Assembly (NCBI GenBank): GCA_028822845.1
Contig: JAPKCS010000004.1
Coordinates: 14,626 to 78,625, forward strand
Source: Candidatus Poseidoniaceae archaeon
GTDB taxonomy: Archaea > Thermoplasmatota > Poseidoniia > Poseidoniales > Poseidoniaceae
Length of the DNA stretch: 64,000 nt
Reading direction: 5' to 3'
Position numbers and translations under genes: made by a program. The notes beneath the pieces were generated by a model, which was given only the letters and a program-made list of their open reading frames with translations, was not told where the DNA came from and searched no databases. This document shows, one piece after another, positions 10,099 through 19,629 of the stretch. Position 1 is the stretch's first letter. The number at the start of each line of letters is the position of its first letter.

Positions 10099-10209
10099 AA
10101 GGACATCTCCAAGGAAACCAGCGACTTGTCACCCCTTCTTAATCGCTCCGCTAGATATGGACGCTAGGAGGCGGTGCCAATCGAGGCACTGAACCCCCGA
10201 AAACCAAGG

Positions 10210-11985
10210 TCAGAGCCGTTGATGGGACTTTGCCAGCCGACCAGGCGTTGCGGGCCACTCCCAACCAGGTGCATGAGCACGAGCGAGACCGACCACCTTT
10301 CCGTCTTGATAAACCAACAGATCCGAACCGCATCGAATGTTTTTATCAAAGCGTTCGACAATGGTACCGAAGATGTCACCTTTCCAAGGTTTGTCTGGGT
10401 GAAGATGAACTTCGGGAAGGGCGTTCGTTGAAGCTAAATCCTGCACAACGGATTTTGCAAGGGCAAAACCGCCCCTGTCAATCGACCATAGAGCAACTTG
10501 GTTTCCTTCCTTCTCGAGTCGATAGCGTGGAGGTTTTCCTCGAACTTTCAGCGGGGCCACCCATGCATCACTCAGCATTGTTTTGCGAGCGACGCTGGCA
10601 AAGGTATCCAGGAGCATTCGTTCATTTTTACGGCCACGGGCACTGAATTCATCCACTGCTTCGCTTACTGCTTTGCTCAAACGCTCAAGGGCTTCATGGC
10701 TGCCTGCTCCCTCACCTAAACGGGTATCAATAACTGGGATTGTTTCGTGAGCCAATTCCATACCAGAATGGTTGATCACGCGTTTGTAGTCATGACGTTC
10801 GACAAGGCACTTGAACATCCGTTCAATGCGGTTGCGTTCATCACGTGTCCAGTCACCGGTGACTGGGACATCATAGTGAGCAGCGGGCCACACTTCTTCC
10901 AAATCGCGTGGCACAAGACCAAGAGGCGACGTCACCATCACTTCGTGGCAGGCACTGGTACCAATGGCTCGAATAAACCGTCCATGTGATTTTGACAGAC
11001 GGTATGGCTTTCGTGCTGAGCAAGGTAACAAGATAAGGATGGTATCCAAACCATCTGGCGCCTGATATGTTTCACTCATGAACGATTCCCAATCGCTGAT
11101 CAGTGGATCGGTTTGAATCGAAACACTGTGACACGGGAAGGCGTGCATACGAGCAACATGTGAACTTAGCAGACCTGGAACAGTGGCGCAGAGTGCGTCA
11201 TGACGACGAAGGTGTTCGACCGAACGGGCGCTGTTGAGAGATTGACGATCGACAAGGGCTCGCATTTGGTCAGATGCCATGGCTGAACGAACTTCGCCGA
11301 TGGCAATGTTCCAATGTTCCACTTGCTTCTCCATGGTAGCTGATTCTCCCATCGATTCAACACAATGACGTGGACCTTGGCCGGTTAGCAAAACACCTGC
11401 AGCGTTGGCTTGTCGGCTTCGTGAAAGATCAAACAAATCAACACCGAACCATGTCAAGAGAGCGACGTTGTCGGGACCACCTAAACCAGGCGTCCATAAC
11501 AAAGCGCCGGGAAACCTGCGCTTGAGGACAGTGATCGCTTCGACCAAACGGCCGGGCTGGGCTGCAAGTTGCAAGGCATCGACGAGAACCACAACATCTG
11601 GCCGAAGGTCTGGACTCATGAGTCCATCATCATGGTTCAACCGTTGCCACGACACAGGCAAGAGTTGAGCCGTCCCAGCGGGTTCCCCGGCGTCTGCCTC
11701 TTCCAAAGATGGAGGAAGGACGTGACCAACCGAAACCTCCCATTCAGGTGAGTTCTTATCAAAATCAGGTGGAGAAAGAGGTAAACGACTTCGAAGGGTT
11801 AAGGTCGAGGGAATGTCAGTTGTGCTGGAAGATTCAAAGGGAGCCAAACTTGGTTCGACATCAATGTCTCCATCAAGCAACACAAGCGCTGGTGTGAACG
11901 CAATCGGTTGCTTACGATCGCCCAAAGCCCACAGGCGAGCAAACCGATGACGGGCGGAAACGCTTCGACCCAATCCTTCGTCCAT
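10210..11985 (-). CDS. arcS: Archaeosine synthase ArcS (TGT-like N-domain, DUF5591 core, C-terminal PUA)
   Basis: LLPCSARKPY signature of the ArcS/DUF5591 core, and a C-terminal PUA-like segment (GDIFGTIVERFDKNIRCGSDLLVYQDGKVVGLARA); 591 aa. Confidence 0.75.
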   Translation of the reverse strand: MDEGLGRSVSARHRFARLWALGDRKQPIAFTPALVLLDGDIDVEPSLAPFESSSTTDIPSTLTLRSRLPLSPPDFDKNSPEWEVSVGHVLPPSLEEADAGEPAGTAQLLPVSWQRLNHDDGLMSPDLRPDVVVLVDALQLAAQPGRLVEAITVLKRRFPGALLWTPGLGGPDNVALLTWFGVDLFDLSRSRQANAAGVLLTGQGPRHCVESMGESATMEKQVEHWNIAIGEVRSAMASDQMRALVDRQSLNSARSVEHLRRHDALCATVPGLLSSHVARMHAFPCHSVSIQTDPLISDWESFMSETYQAPDGLDTILILLPCSARKPYRLSKSHGRFIRAIGTSACHEVMVTSPLGLVPRDLEEVWPAAHYDVPVTGDWTRDERNRIERMFKCLVERHDYKRVINHSGMELAHETIPVIDTRLGEGAGSHEALERLSKAVSEAVDEFSARGRKNERMLLDTFASVARKTMLSDAWVAPLKVRGKPPRYRLEKEGNQVALWSIDRGGFALAKSVVQDLASTNALPEVHLHPDKPWKGDIFGTIVERFDKNIRCGSDLLVYQDGKVVGLARAHAPGWEWPATPGRLAKSHQRL

Positions 11986-12069
11986 GGTCCGGCCTGTGGC
12001 CTATGCTTCTTGAAAGATTGGAAACAATTCCTGCCCTAAGTTCAAAGCAAGCCCCCACCACCAAGGCTC

Positions 12070-14298
12070 ATGGACGGCGTTCGACCATCGGCTCAAGCCC
12101 TCGGTTTGGCCTTGGTGTTCCTTACATTGGCGATGGCCATTCCAGCCCAAGCCGTTGTTGTGGACGAAGATCCCGCTGACCGTGAGACAGTGCGCGACGG
12201 CCGAGTCATCGGTGTGCTCACAATGCCAGACCAGGCGTATGAACGAACATGGGCCATGCGTCAAGGTGAATGGACGAGCATTGGCGTTGATTGCGACCAA
12301 TGCACCGTCACGATCGAAGTGGACGGGGCAACGCAAGAAGTCACCTCGACCCTCAATGTACAGGCAAGCAATGATGGAACAGCGACAATGTCCATCATCT
12401 CGCCCATCGAAGAATTTGTCGCTTTCTCGCTGATTGAAACAATCGTTGAACAAAATCCCACCGTCCGGCCAAGCCCTGGTGAACCACTGGCGTTTGAACC
12501 TGCATGGGTGTGTGATGCAGAAACCTCTTGCTTGAACTTGATTCAAAGCCTCGATTCAATACCTTCCACTGAATTCATCTCGGATGAATTCATCGTCGGA
12601 GTCTTGGATCAGAACCTGGCGGAACATGTGTCGGTACCGGTGACTGCGGGCACCACCATGGAACTCCAGTTGCTCCATGCCACCTCAGACCTGTTTTTGG
12701 AAGTCTTCCACCAAGGTGATGAAGAACAATTGCTGGACATAACCACCACGCAAGTTAACCAACTCCCAATCAACGACCAACCGGCATCGACGTACTGGCA
12801 TGCCGACAACGATGGAAGGTTCATCCTGAAGATTTCCAGTCAATCTCCAAACACGGCCTACGCATTGAAGAGGGTGCTTCATTCACCTGATGCTGGACCA
12901 CAGGTGATTGAACTTTCAGGCACCACGATCATTGAGGGCCACCATGCCAAGAACATCGTCATCGCAACCAATGACACACAGGCACTGATTGCTGAGGCAC
13001 TTCATCGAAACGTGACTGGCCATTGGGAACAACTGGTCAACGGCGATTGGTTGTCGAGCACGACGGTTCACTTCTCCACAGATGACCCAATGCATCTCTA
13101 CCCATACCCAAACGCCTCTGCTTATCGGCTCCAGCTCGAAGGGCAACGGTTCGCAGTGGAAGTCAGCACGGTGGATTTTGCAGACCTTGGAGGGGACTTT
13201 GATGCACCCTCCCTCCGCCCGTCCAGCCCCCTCATGGAGAACAATTCTTGGCCTGAATTACATGCACCAAGTGACCCAGTGGCAGGAGAATTAACCCTTG
13301 CCATCCACGACACTGCGGACGTGTATAAGATTGAGATTGAAGGGTATGAAGAATCCCTTCATCTCGTCCAAGTGAAGGTGGTAAGTGAGGATTTAGATGT
13401 TCTCCGTCTCGAAATGTGGGACATCGACCAAGTTTCATGGGAAGTGGTCGATTTCCGCGACCTCGAACGCGTCAATGGTAAATTACAGAGTGCATTAGAA
13501 TTGACCCCAGGAACTCATTTTATTCGAGTCTCTCACACCGATGCGGCCAACGCAACCAACCACACATGGGGCCAGCACGTCGACCCAGTCAGCTACATGA
13601 TCTCAACCGGCTACACAATAATTGACGAAGGCGATGAACCTTACTTCCCACCTGATGAAGCCACCGTGATGTGGGGCGGAGTCGCTCGTTGGGTCATGGG
13701 GCTGTTGTTCTTGCTCCCCTGCCTTTACTTTGCAGTTACATTCGTAACGACCCGGAATTTAGCACGTGAGATGTCGACAAAAACAGAGCAGCTCGCTTGG
13801 TTCAAATCACAGATGGATACCGGAGAGACCGCTCCAAAATCACTGCGAAAGTCACTGGATAAATCACTTCAGGCGATCGCACAACTCGATTGGGCAACAG
13901 CATGCTCAACGTGGGGACCAACCGATGGAGAACACCGAACCGATGGCCTTGCCATGGCTGTTTGGTCCCTTGATTCAAGGTTAGCAAAAAACGAAAACAC
14001 CCATCCAATCATGGTCGGCATTCATGTTCTCGAAGGCCAATGGGAGTTAGCAGCACTCAGATTTGACGCACCGGAAGGCCAAGCCTGGCAGGTCGTTGGC
14101 GTCGAGCCTAAATTCCTGCACCGTGGTGAAGAAATTTTTGTCGATACAATGCGTGCTGGGAACCTTACCTTCCTGACACTCGAACTGAGGGGTTCTGCAA
14201 CCAGCGTCGACATCGAACTCAATGGTCGATGTGATGGGGAACCAATGGCTGCACGAATCCCGCACACTCTTCACATTCAGAACCGTGAAGAAGAATGA
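12070..14298 (+). CDS. Bitopic membrane protein: signal peptide, ~500-aa ectodomain, one TM, ~200-aa cytoplasmic domain
   Basis: Signal peptide MDGVRPSAQALGLALVFLTLAMAIPAQA. TM ARWVMGLLFLLPCLYFAVTFV. No recognisable catalytic motif. Confidence 0.65.
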   Translation: MDGVRPSAQALGLALVFLTLAMAIPAQAVVVDEDPADRETVRDGRVIGVLTMPDQAYERTWAMRQGEWTSIGVDCDQCTVTIEVDGATQEVTSTLNVQASNDGTATMSIISPIEEFVAFSLIETIVEQNPTVRPSPGEPLAFEPAWVCDAETSCLNLIQSLDSIPSTEFISDEFIVGVLDQNLAEHVSVPVTAGTTMELQLLHATSDLFLEVFHQGDEEQLLDITTTQVNQLPINDQPASTYWHADNDGRFILKISSQSPNTAYALKRVLHSPDAGPQVIELSGTTIIEGHHAKNIVIATNDTQALIAEALHRNVTGHWEQLVNGDWLSSTTVHFSTDDPMHLYPYPNASAYRLQLEGQRFAVEVSTVDFADLGGDFDAPSLRPSSPLMENNSWPELHAPSDPVAGELTLAIHDTADVYKIEIEGYEESLHLVQVKVVSEDLDVLRLEMWDIDQVSWEVVDFRDLERVNGKLQSALELTPGTHFIRVSHTDAANATNHTWGQHVDPVSYMISTGYTIIDEGDEPYFPPDEATVMWGGVARWVMGLLFLLPCLYFAVTFVTTRNLAREMSTKTEQLAWFKSQMDTGETAPKSLRKSLDKSLQAIAQLDWATACSTWGPTDGEHRTDGLAMAVWSLDSRLAKNENTHPIMVGIHVLEGQWELAALRFDAPEGQAWQVVGVEPKFLHRGEEIFVDTMRAGNLTFLTLELRGSATSVDIELNGRCDGEPMAARIPHTLHIQNREEE

Positions 14299-15432
14299 TC
14301 ACTTTCGTCGCTCATCGGCGTCTCGCTTGATGCGTTCAAGCATGTCCTTTGGCGCCAGTGAAGGTTTGATTTCCAGAAGGGCTTTCTTGGTTTTCTTGTC
14401 CAGTTTTTTCGGCATGTGCAACTTCACCAGAACAATCACGTCGCCTCTGCCACCTGAACGGCGACCAGGCAAGCCACGTTTTCGAATTTCAAGCGTTTCA
14501 CCTGAGTTGGTTCCTGCTGGGATTTTGATGGTCAGATCTTTTCCATCAAGGTGCTCGATGGTGATGGAAGTGCCAAGCACCAAATCGGCATAACCCAAAG
14601 GCAAGGACATGATCAAATCAGGTCCAGAGCGTTCAAACCATGGATGTTCTTCAACTTCAATTTCAATGAAAAGATCACCTTGCTGCCCTTTGCCTTGAGG
14701 AGCTGGTTGACCACGACCTCGCATGCGCAGTCGAGTCCCTTCTTCGGATCCTGCTGGAACGTTAAATCGAAGGGTGGTGGACTTCATCGCTTGCCCTGTC
14801 CCATCACAAGGAGAACATGAGACGGCTGATGTTTGGCCTGCACCATGACATGTGGGGCACTCGCGCACCACGTCTTGAACAAATGGTCCAACACTTTGAC
14901 GCATTCGAACGCGACCCTGCCCGCTGCAATCAGAGCATGTTTTGGTTTTGCCACCTTCCGCACCACTGCCGTCACAATCCTCACAGGAGGTCGGGAGTTC
15001 AAGTTCAGTTTCTTCAGTGCTCCCAGAATAGATGTCAGCCAAACTTACTGTGTGAAGGAGGCGGATGTCGCTGCCACGTCGACGACCAGATCGTCCACCA
15101 CCGCCGCCACCGCCACCGCCAAAGATGTTGGAAAAGAAATCCCCACCCATAATGTCTTCGAAATTGACGTTGAAACCGCCACCACCAAAGCCACTGAACG
15201 GTGAACCTGATGGGCCATCGTGGCCAAAGCGGTCGAATTGAGCACGCTTTTCTGCATCCGAAAGAACAGCATAAGCCTCTTGGATTTCTTTGAATTTATC
15301 TTCAGCATTCTCCTCAGTGCTTCGGTCTGGGTGGTACTTTCGAGCAAGGCTTCGAAAAGCATTTTTCAAGTCGCTTTCCGTAGCGTTCTTTTCAACGCCA
15401 AGAACTTCGTAATAGTCACGCTTACCAGACAT
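14299..15432 (-). CDS. dnaJ: Chaperone DnaJ (type I: J domain, G/F linker, four CxxCxGxG zinc motifs, C-terminal domains)
   Basis: RDYYEVLGVEKNATESDLKNAFRSLARKYHPDR (HPD), a Gly run, and CEDCDGSG/CSDCSGQG/CPTCHGAG/CSPCDGTG. Start chosen at MSGKRDYY (15432), preceded by GGTGATGGTG; the ORF-track start is 15441. Confidence 0.93.
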   Translation of the reverse strand: MSGKRDYYEVLGVEKNATESDLKNAFRSLARKYHPDRSTEENAEDKFKEIQEAYAVLSDAEKRAQFDRFGHDGPSGSPFSGFGGGGFNVNFEDIMGGDFFSNIFGGGGGGGGGRSGRRRGSDIRLLHTVSLADIYSGSTEETELELPTSCEDCDGSGAEGGKTKTCSDCSGQGRVRMRQSVGPFVQDVVRECPTCHGAGQTSAVSCSPCDGTGQAMKSTTLRFNVPAGSEEGTRLRMRGRGQPAPQGKGQQGDLFIEIEVEEHPWFERSGPDLIMSLPLGYADLVLGTSITIEHLDGKDLTIKIPAGTNSGETLEIRKRGLPGRRSGGRGDVIVLVKLHMPKKLDKKTKKALLEIKPSLAPKDMLERIKRDADERRK

Positions 15433-15492
15433 CACCATCACCCAATGCTGGGTCGTGTCGTAGGCCCTCTTTCAACTTCTCGTAGGAGGCAA

Positions 15493-16476
15493 TCACACAT
15501 CGAGGCCGCAATGAGGGCAGAAGCGCTCTCCCTCGGGCACAGGATTTTGACAACCTTTGCAACGAAGGCCTTGAACATGTACGGGTTGGATAATTGGGGC
15601 TGAGGTGGACAGTGGAGTTGAGAGCATGGCCATTGACTCAATGCTGTTTGAGTTGCTGTTGGCCGCAGGGTTGTCCCAAGCGTAAACATTTGCCGCTTCA
15701 GAAGCAGTCCCAGAGCCCATAACCACCTCACCAGTAGCGTTCACTGTTGAATCAATGCCACCCTCGTCGCTCATCGAAGTCAGTTTCAAAGTGTTGTCTT
15801 CTTGGGATTGGGTTGAAGTGCGTAGCGGTGCAACCGGTCGTTGGGCGGTCACAGGATCGGCAGAAGCAGCAGCCTGCAAGCGTGATTGTCGGCGGTTTTC
15901 GCGCCGCTGTGCTGCGTCATGTCGTCCAAAGAGACCACCGAGGAAATCGAGAACCGAATCCATTGGAGACTTTTTGCGAACTGCACCAATTGTTGAATCA
16001 GTCCCTTGCTCCCCAAAAGATTCCTTACCGTTCATGCTGCGGTTGGCCCGTTGAATATGGTTCGCATCCGTGAGCATGGTTACATCGACCCGATCGTCTT
16101 GGTCAACCGTCATTTCAGGTGCTTCACCATCAATGCTTGCAACTTGGCCCTGAAGTTTGAGTTGGGCATCAGCAGACAGTTCGGAACCCAAGGCTGCGTT
16201 GCTTTGCCAAACGCCTGCCTCCTCAGCATCGTAGACCTTCTTCATTCGCTTCATGACTTGAGAACGGTGGAATTCATGGTCGCGTACCATTGAGGATTTC
16301 CTCCACAAGATGACGGCAAGAGTGAGGGCAATCGCATACCAGGCATACATGAGCGTTGACTCAACCTTGAACATTTCACGAAGCGGTGTCACCGTGAGGT
16401 GAACCAATGCCATCAGCAAAAGTGGCAGAGCAGCAATGCCCTTGGAGGTTGCACTACGTTCACTTGCCATTGCCAT
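15493..16476 (-). CDS. Membrane protein with two N-terminal TM helices, a long low-complexity region and a C-terminal zinc ribbon
   Basis: TM IAALPLLLMALVHLTVTPL and LMYAWYAIALTLAVILW. C-terminus CKGCQNPVPEGERFCPHCG (CxxC-x10-CxxC). Confidence 0.6.
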   Translation of the reverse strand: MAMASERSATSKGIAALPLLLMALVHLTVTPLREMFKVESTLMYAWYAIALTLAVILWRKSSMVRDHEFHRSQVMKRMKKVYDAEEAGVWQSNAALGSELSADAQLKLQGQVASIDGEAPEMTVDQDDRVDVTMLTDANHIQRANRSMNGKESFGEQGTDSTIGAVRKKSPMDSVLDFLGGLFGRHDAAQRRENRRQSRLQAAASADPVTAQRPVAPLRTSTQSQEDNTLKLTSMSDEGGIDSTVNATGEVVMGSGTASEAANVYAWDNPAANSNSNSIESMAMLSTPLSTSAPIIQPVHVQGLRCKGCQNPVPEGERFCPHCGLDV

Positions 16477-16535
16477 CCCTTCCGTTGGTCAGAACCTCGC
16501 CTCATGTATGTTCCCGTTGTGTGCTTCGCGACAAT

Positions 16536-17570
16536 TCATCGATCGGATGCTGCGCCGCCTTTACGAAACAATCCATCGACAAGGCCGAGCGAAAAACTCG
16601 CATGCAGAACCATCATGCAAATTGGGACGCCAATCAATAACGAGAACCGCTGAAACCGGAGGGACATGCGCACCCCTTCGATTGACAAAACGAACATGTA
16701 AGCCACCAATGGTAGGGGTGCGAATGGATGTTGGAGGGCAAAAAGCGCCACGGTCAACATCAAGCCAAACCATGGCAGGTATTCTCGAAGGCTCGCCCGT
16801 GCTGGATGTTTAAGAACCGTTTTCGTCCTCCAGAATCCATACCTGTGACCCATTCGCCACCATCGTTGCAAACCGGATCTCTTGGTCATGTGAACCTGCG
16901 TCTTCGGGGTTCGCCACAATGCATATCCTGCTGCTGAGAGCCGCATTGACAAATCACTGTCTTGGCTTGAAATAAAGGCTTCATCCCACCCATTTACGTC
17001 CGCCAGAGCTGAACGCTCGTGCAATACGAAAGCAGGAATGCGACATGGCGTGGCTTCTGTGAAGGTGTCAAATTGTCCACCACCGCTTCCAAAGGGAGAA
17101 CTGAGGGTTGCTTCAATCCAACATTCAACGGTGCGTAATTCACCTTGCCGTGGCACCACTCGACTCCCAAGCGCCCCCAACGGGCGTTGTTCAATCTGGC
17201 TGATGCGTTGCCATTCCATTGAAAGTTGTTCCAAATGAGTTGGAGAAACCGTGCTGTGACCGATGAGTTCGAGAACATGGGTCACATCATCGTGAAGCAA
17301 ACTCATCGCTCGGTTTCGTCCTTGAGCCACAAATTTACCAGGGTTATGGTGCAGTTCGATCTTCGGGCCATCAGCGGCAACAGACCGTTGAATGGCATCT
17401 TCAACCAGCACCTTGGTTCGATCCGATGAGCCGCCATCCATCACAAGCACCGAATGCTTTGCAGAAGGGTATGTTTGTGCAATTAACGCATCAAGGCATG
17501 CCTCGATGTGTTGCTCTTCATTGAGGACGGGAAGAACAGTGACGATGTTCGGTTCAAAGCCCTCCCCCAT
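16536..17570 (-). CDS. Family 2 glycosyltransferase with C-terminal TM segments
   Basis: VTVLPVLNEEQHIEACLDALIAQTYP..VLVMDGGSSDRT.. and SQDSDLSMRL (the DxD/ED region of GT2). Hydrophobic C-terminal third. Confidence 0.8.
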   Translation of the reverse strand: MGEGFEPNIVTVLPVLNEEQHIEACLDALIAQTYPSAKHSVLVMDGGSSDRTKVLVEDAIQRSVAADGPKIELHHNPGKFVAQGRNRAMSLLHDDVTHVLELIGHSTVSPTHLEQLSMEWQRISQIEQRPLGALGSRVVPRQGELRTVECWIEATLSSPFGSGGGQFDTFTEATPCRIPAFVLHERSALADVNGWDEAFISSQDSDLSMRLSAAGYALWRTPKTQVHMTKRSGLQRWWRMGHRYGFWRTKTVLKHPARASLREYLPWFGLMLTVALFALQHPFAPLPLVAYMFVLSIEGVRMSLRFQRFSLLIGVPICMMVLHASFSLGLVDGLFRKGGAASDR

Positions 17571-17627
17571 GATGTTGGGTTTCTCTCGGAGAATTTCACC
17601 TCTTCGCTTTCTTCAATCCCGAAAGGC

Positions 17628-18176
17628 ATGTTCATGTGCAACCTTCGTTCAGCCGAAGACATGGACCATCCTCTTGTCCGATTGAACGGAATCAATGAAG
17701 ACGTGCATGTTCGTATTGAAACGAAACTTGAAGGCGCTGATGATCCGAATAAAGTGGCCGACGCAGTCCATGCGCTGTTCCCTGCATTCCCCCTCCCGGA
17801 GGATGCTGTCCATCCTGAATTTGGTAAGGCAAGCAATACAGTATGGTCTGCTGAACAGGTCCCCATTGACCAATTTCTGATGATGTTGCACACCCAACGC
17901 ATCCTCGACACTGCCCTCGATGCAATCGGGCGCAATCTCAGCGGTGAAAGCACAGTTTTCTTTCTCTCAAGGCAAGCCGCATTGGCTTCCAAAGTGGCGT
18001 TTCCACTCCCAGATGAATCACCCCTCGGTGGTGTGATTCAAGTCACACTCACTTCTTCTGCGCTTCACGATTGGCTTCATGCTGCGACGTGGCACAAAGG
18101 ACGAGACTCGGTACCCAGGTCGGTCAATGATGACCGTGCCATGGAAAAAGACGGCGAAGCAAGCACCTGGGTTTAG
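17628..18176 (+). CDS. UPF0201/COG1931-like predicted RNA-binding protein
   Basis: VHVRIETKLEGADDPNKVADAVHALFP.., ..QRILDTALDAIGRNL.., FFLSRQAALASKVAF, DESPLGGVIQV and DWLHA resemble the archaeal UPF0201 family as I recall it. The ORF-track start 17508 overlaps the GT2 gene by 63 nt, so an internal ATG (17628, 17634 or 17661) is preferred. Confidence 0.5.
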   Translation: MFMCNLRSAEDMDHPLVRLNGINEDVHVRIETKLEGADDPNKVADAVHALFPAFPLPEDAVHPEFGKASNTVWSAEQVPIDQFLMMLHTQRILDTALDAIGRNLSGESTVFFLSRQAALASKVAFPLPDESPLGGVIQVTLTSSALHDWLHAATWHKGRDSVPRSVNDDRAMEKDGEASTWV

Positions 18177-19243
18177 GCAAGCAGGTTCTGTTCCACGAGC
18201 CATTTCACCACGAGGTGATCTGAACCGGTCCACTCGAGCGCTGTGCTTGAACTTGGACTGAACCATTCGACTCGATCGTGTGAAGTCCAATGTTCATTCA
18301 CCTCGAGAAGGGGTGTTTCCCCAGAGAAACGGCACGGCATGATGCTCAGAGCAACACAAAAGGAATCCAACTCATGGTGCCACGTACCAATGGAAGGCTC
18401 CGTTTTGATATCCCATGCCAGTTCTTCTTGAATTTCTCGAATGATGGCTTGCTCGAAGGATTCATTCTGCTCCAATTTCCCACCTGGAAATTCCCATGTC
18501 CCGGGGTGCTGTTCGTGTGGAGCACGACGGGCCAACAAGAATTCACCGTCTTGAATGAACAAAGCCCCAGCAACCTCGATGACGGGCTTGTGAACCAGTC
18601 GTGCAAGAACTTCATTCACCAGAGAGGTACTTTTTGAAAGTTCATAGTGCTCCTCTTTAGGCAAATGGAGAAACAAAACTGGAACACTTGGATGTGGGAG
18701 AGCATCAAGAGTGCGATACAATGTTTCATTGCACAAGTAAGTCCCAGCATCAACGGAAAGTTCAGCTGCAGTCTCCCAGCCTCGCATCCATTGCCGGATT
18801 GGGGCTGTGCTCCAAACGTCGCCTTGCCCAGAGAGTGGTGTGGCCTGGAGTTGTCGGCCACTGTTGTCTGGAATTCGCATGTCGAGGACGTCTTGGGCTC
18901 GCATTTCTAAACGGGGCACAGTGCATGTCCCACACACGCCAAGGTGGAGAATAGCGTCCCAAGAATCACCTGCTTGAAGTCGCTTGGCAACATGTAAGCT
19001 TCCAACCTCATCGACTGAAAGTACGATGCGTTCCAATTCCACTTCAATCGGATCGATCGGTGACGGGCGGAGATGCGCCCAGGGATCTGCGGCAGATACT
19101 TTCGATTGAAGCGCTGAAAGAACATCTTGGGAGACGTTCACATCTGCACCGCCAAAGGGTTCGAATCCGGTCACAAGCAGACGCTTCACGGTCTGTCCTA
19201 ATCGTGGAGGTTTTTCATCATCATGGGCTTTTGGAGGCGTCAT
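18173..19243 (-). CDS. Fusion protein: pyroglutamyl-peptidase I (Pcp, peptidase C15) plus NUDIX hydrolase (MutT-like)
   Basis: N-half: LLVTGFEPFGG, LHLGV..PRLEMRA (Glu), DAGTYLCNETLY (Cys), FLHLP (His). C-half: Nudix box GGKLEQNESFEQAIIREIQEELAW (GX5EX7REUXEEXGU). Confidence 0.8.
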   Translation of the reverse strand: MTPPKAHDDEKPPRLGQTVKRLLVTGFEPFGGADVNVSQDVLSALQSKVSAADPWAHLRPSPIDPIEVELERIVLSVDEVGSLHVAKRLQAGDSWDAILHLGVCGTCTVPRLEMRAQDVLDMRIPDNSGRQLQATPLSGQGDVWSTAPIRQWMRGWETAAELSVDAGTYLCNETLYRTLDALPHPSVPVLFLHLPKEEHYELSKSTSLVNEVLARLVHKPVIEVAGALFIQDGEFLLARRAPHEQHPGTWEFPGGKLEQNESFEQAIIREIQEELAWDIKTEPSIGTWHHELDSFCVALSIMPCRFSGETPLLEVNEHWTSHDRVEWFSPSSSTALEWTGSDHLVVKWLVEQNLLA

Positions 19244-19287
19244 CTTGACAAAGACGAGACGACACCAACGAACAAGGCGAAGGGGGG

Positions 19288-19629
19288 ATGAATCAAGTGG
19301 ATGACATGGTTGTGCAGTTTTCTGCTCCTGAAAAGAGCCAACTAACTGACCGACGGGATGTACGGTTCATTCGAGAAGTTTGGCGCCAAATCACATTTGG
19401 TGTTGGAGCATGGGGAACACTGCGACCCTTGGTAGCGGCCTTGCTTGCAGCAATACCATTCCTGTTTCTCGGACACCACTTCAATCGGCAGCACCGCCGA
19501 GGTTTCGACTGGTTCCTTCTACAAATCCCACTGGCCCTTACGCTGGTCCTTTGGGTTGGACTTTGGTTGTTCTCAATCTATGATGCATGGAGTGCTGCAA
19601 CCAAGGTTGGCACAGATGCTGAAATTTAA
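19288..19629 (+). CDS. Small two-TM membrane protein
   Basis: 113 aa with two hydrophobic helices (LRPLVAALLAAIPFLFLG and IPLALTLVLWVGLWLFSIY). Its stop overlaps the convergent gene's stop. Confidence 0.45.
   Translation: MNQVDDMVVQFSAPEKSQLTDRRDVRFIREVWRQITFGVGAWGTLRPLVAALLAAIPFLFLGHHFNRQHRRGFDWFLLQIPLALTLVLWVGLWLFSIYDAWSAATKVGTDAEI

Noticed and set aside
12001-12546. 181-aa minus-strand ORF overlapping the start of the 742-aa membrane-protein gene
   Set aside because: It is Cys/His/Arg-rich with no motif. It overlaps a plus-strand ORF that has a textbook signal peptide, and it would leave no promoter space next to arcS.
15095-15120. GC-rich (GGN)n-like simple repeat ccaccaccgccgccaccgccaccgcc
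   Set aside because: It encodes the poly-Gly part of the DnaJ G/F linker on the minus strand. It is not an independent repeat element.
17508-17627. N-terminal 40 codons of the ORF-track version of the UPF0201-like gene
   Set aside because: This extension overlaps the divergent GT2 gene by 63 nt. The family-like sequence begins after the internal ATGs at 17628-17661, so the shorter gene model was adopted.
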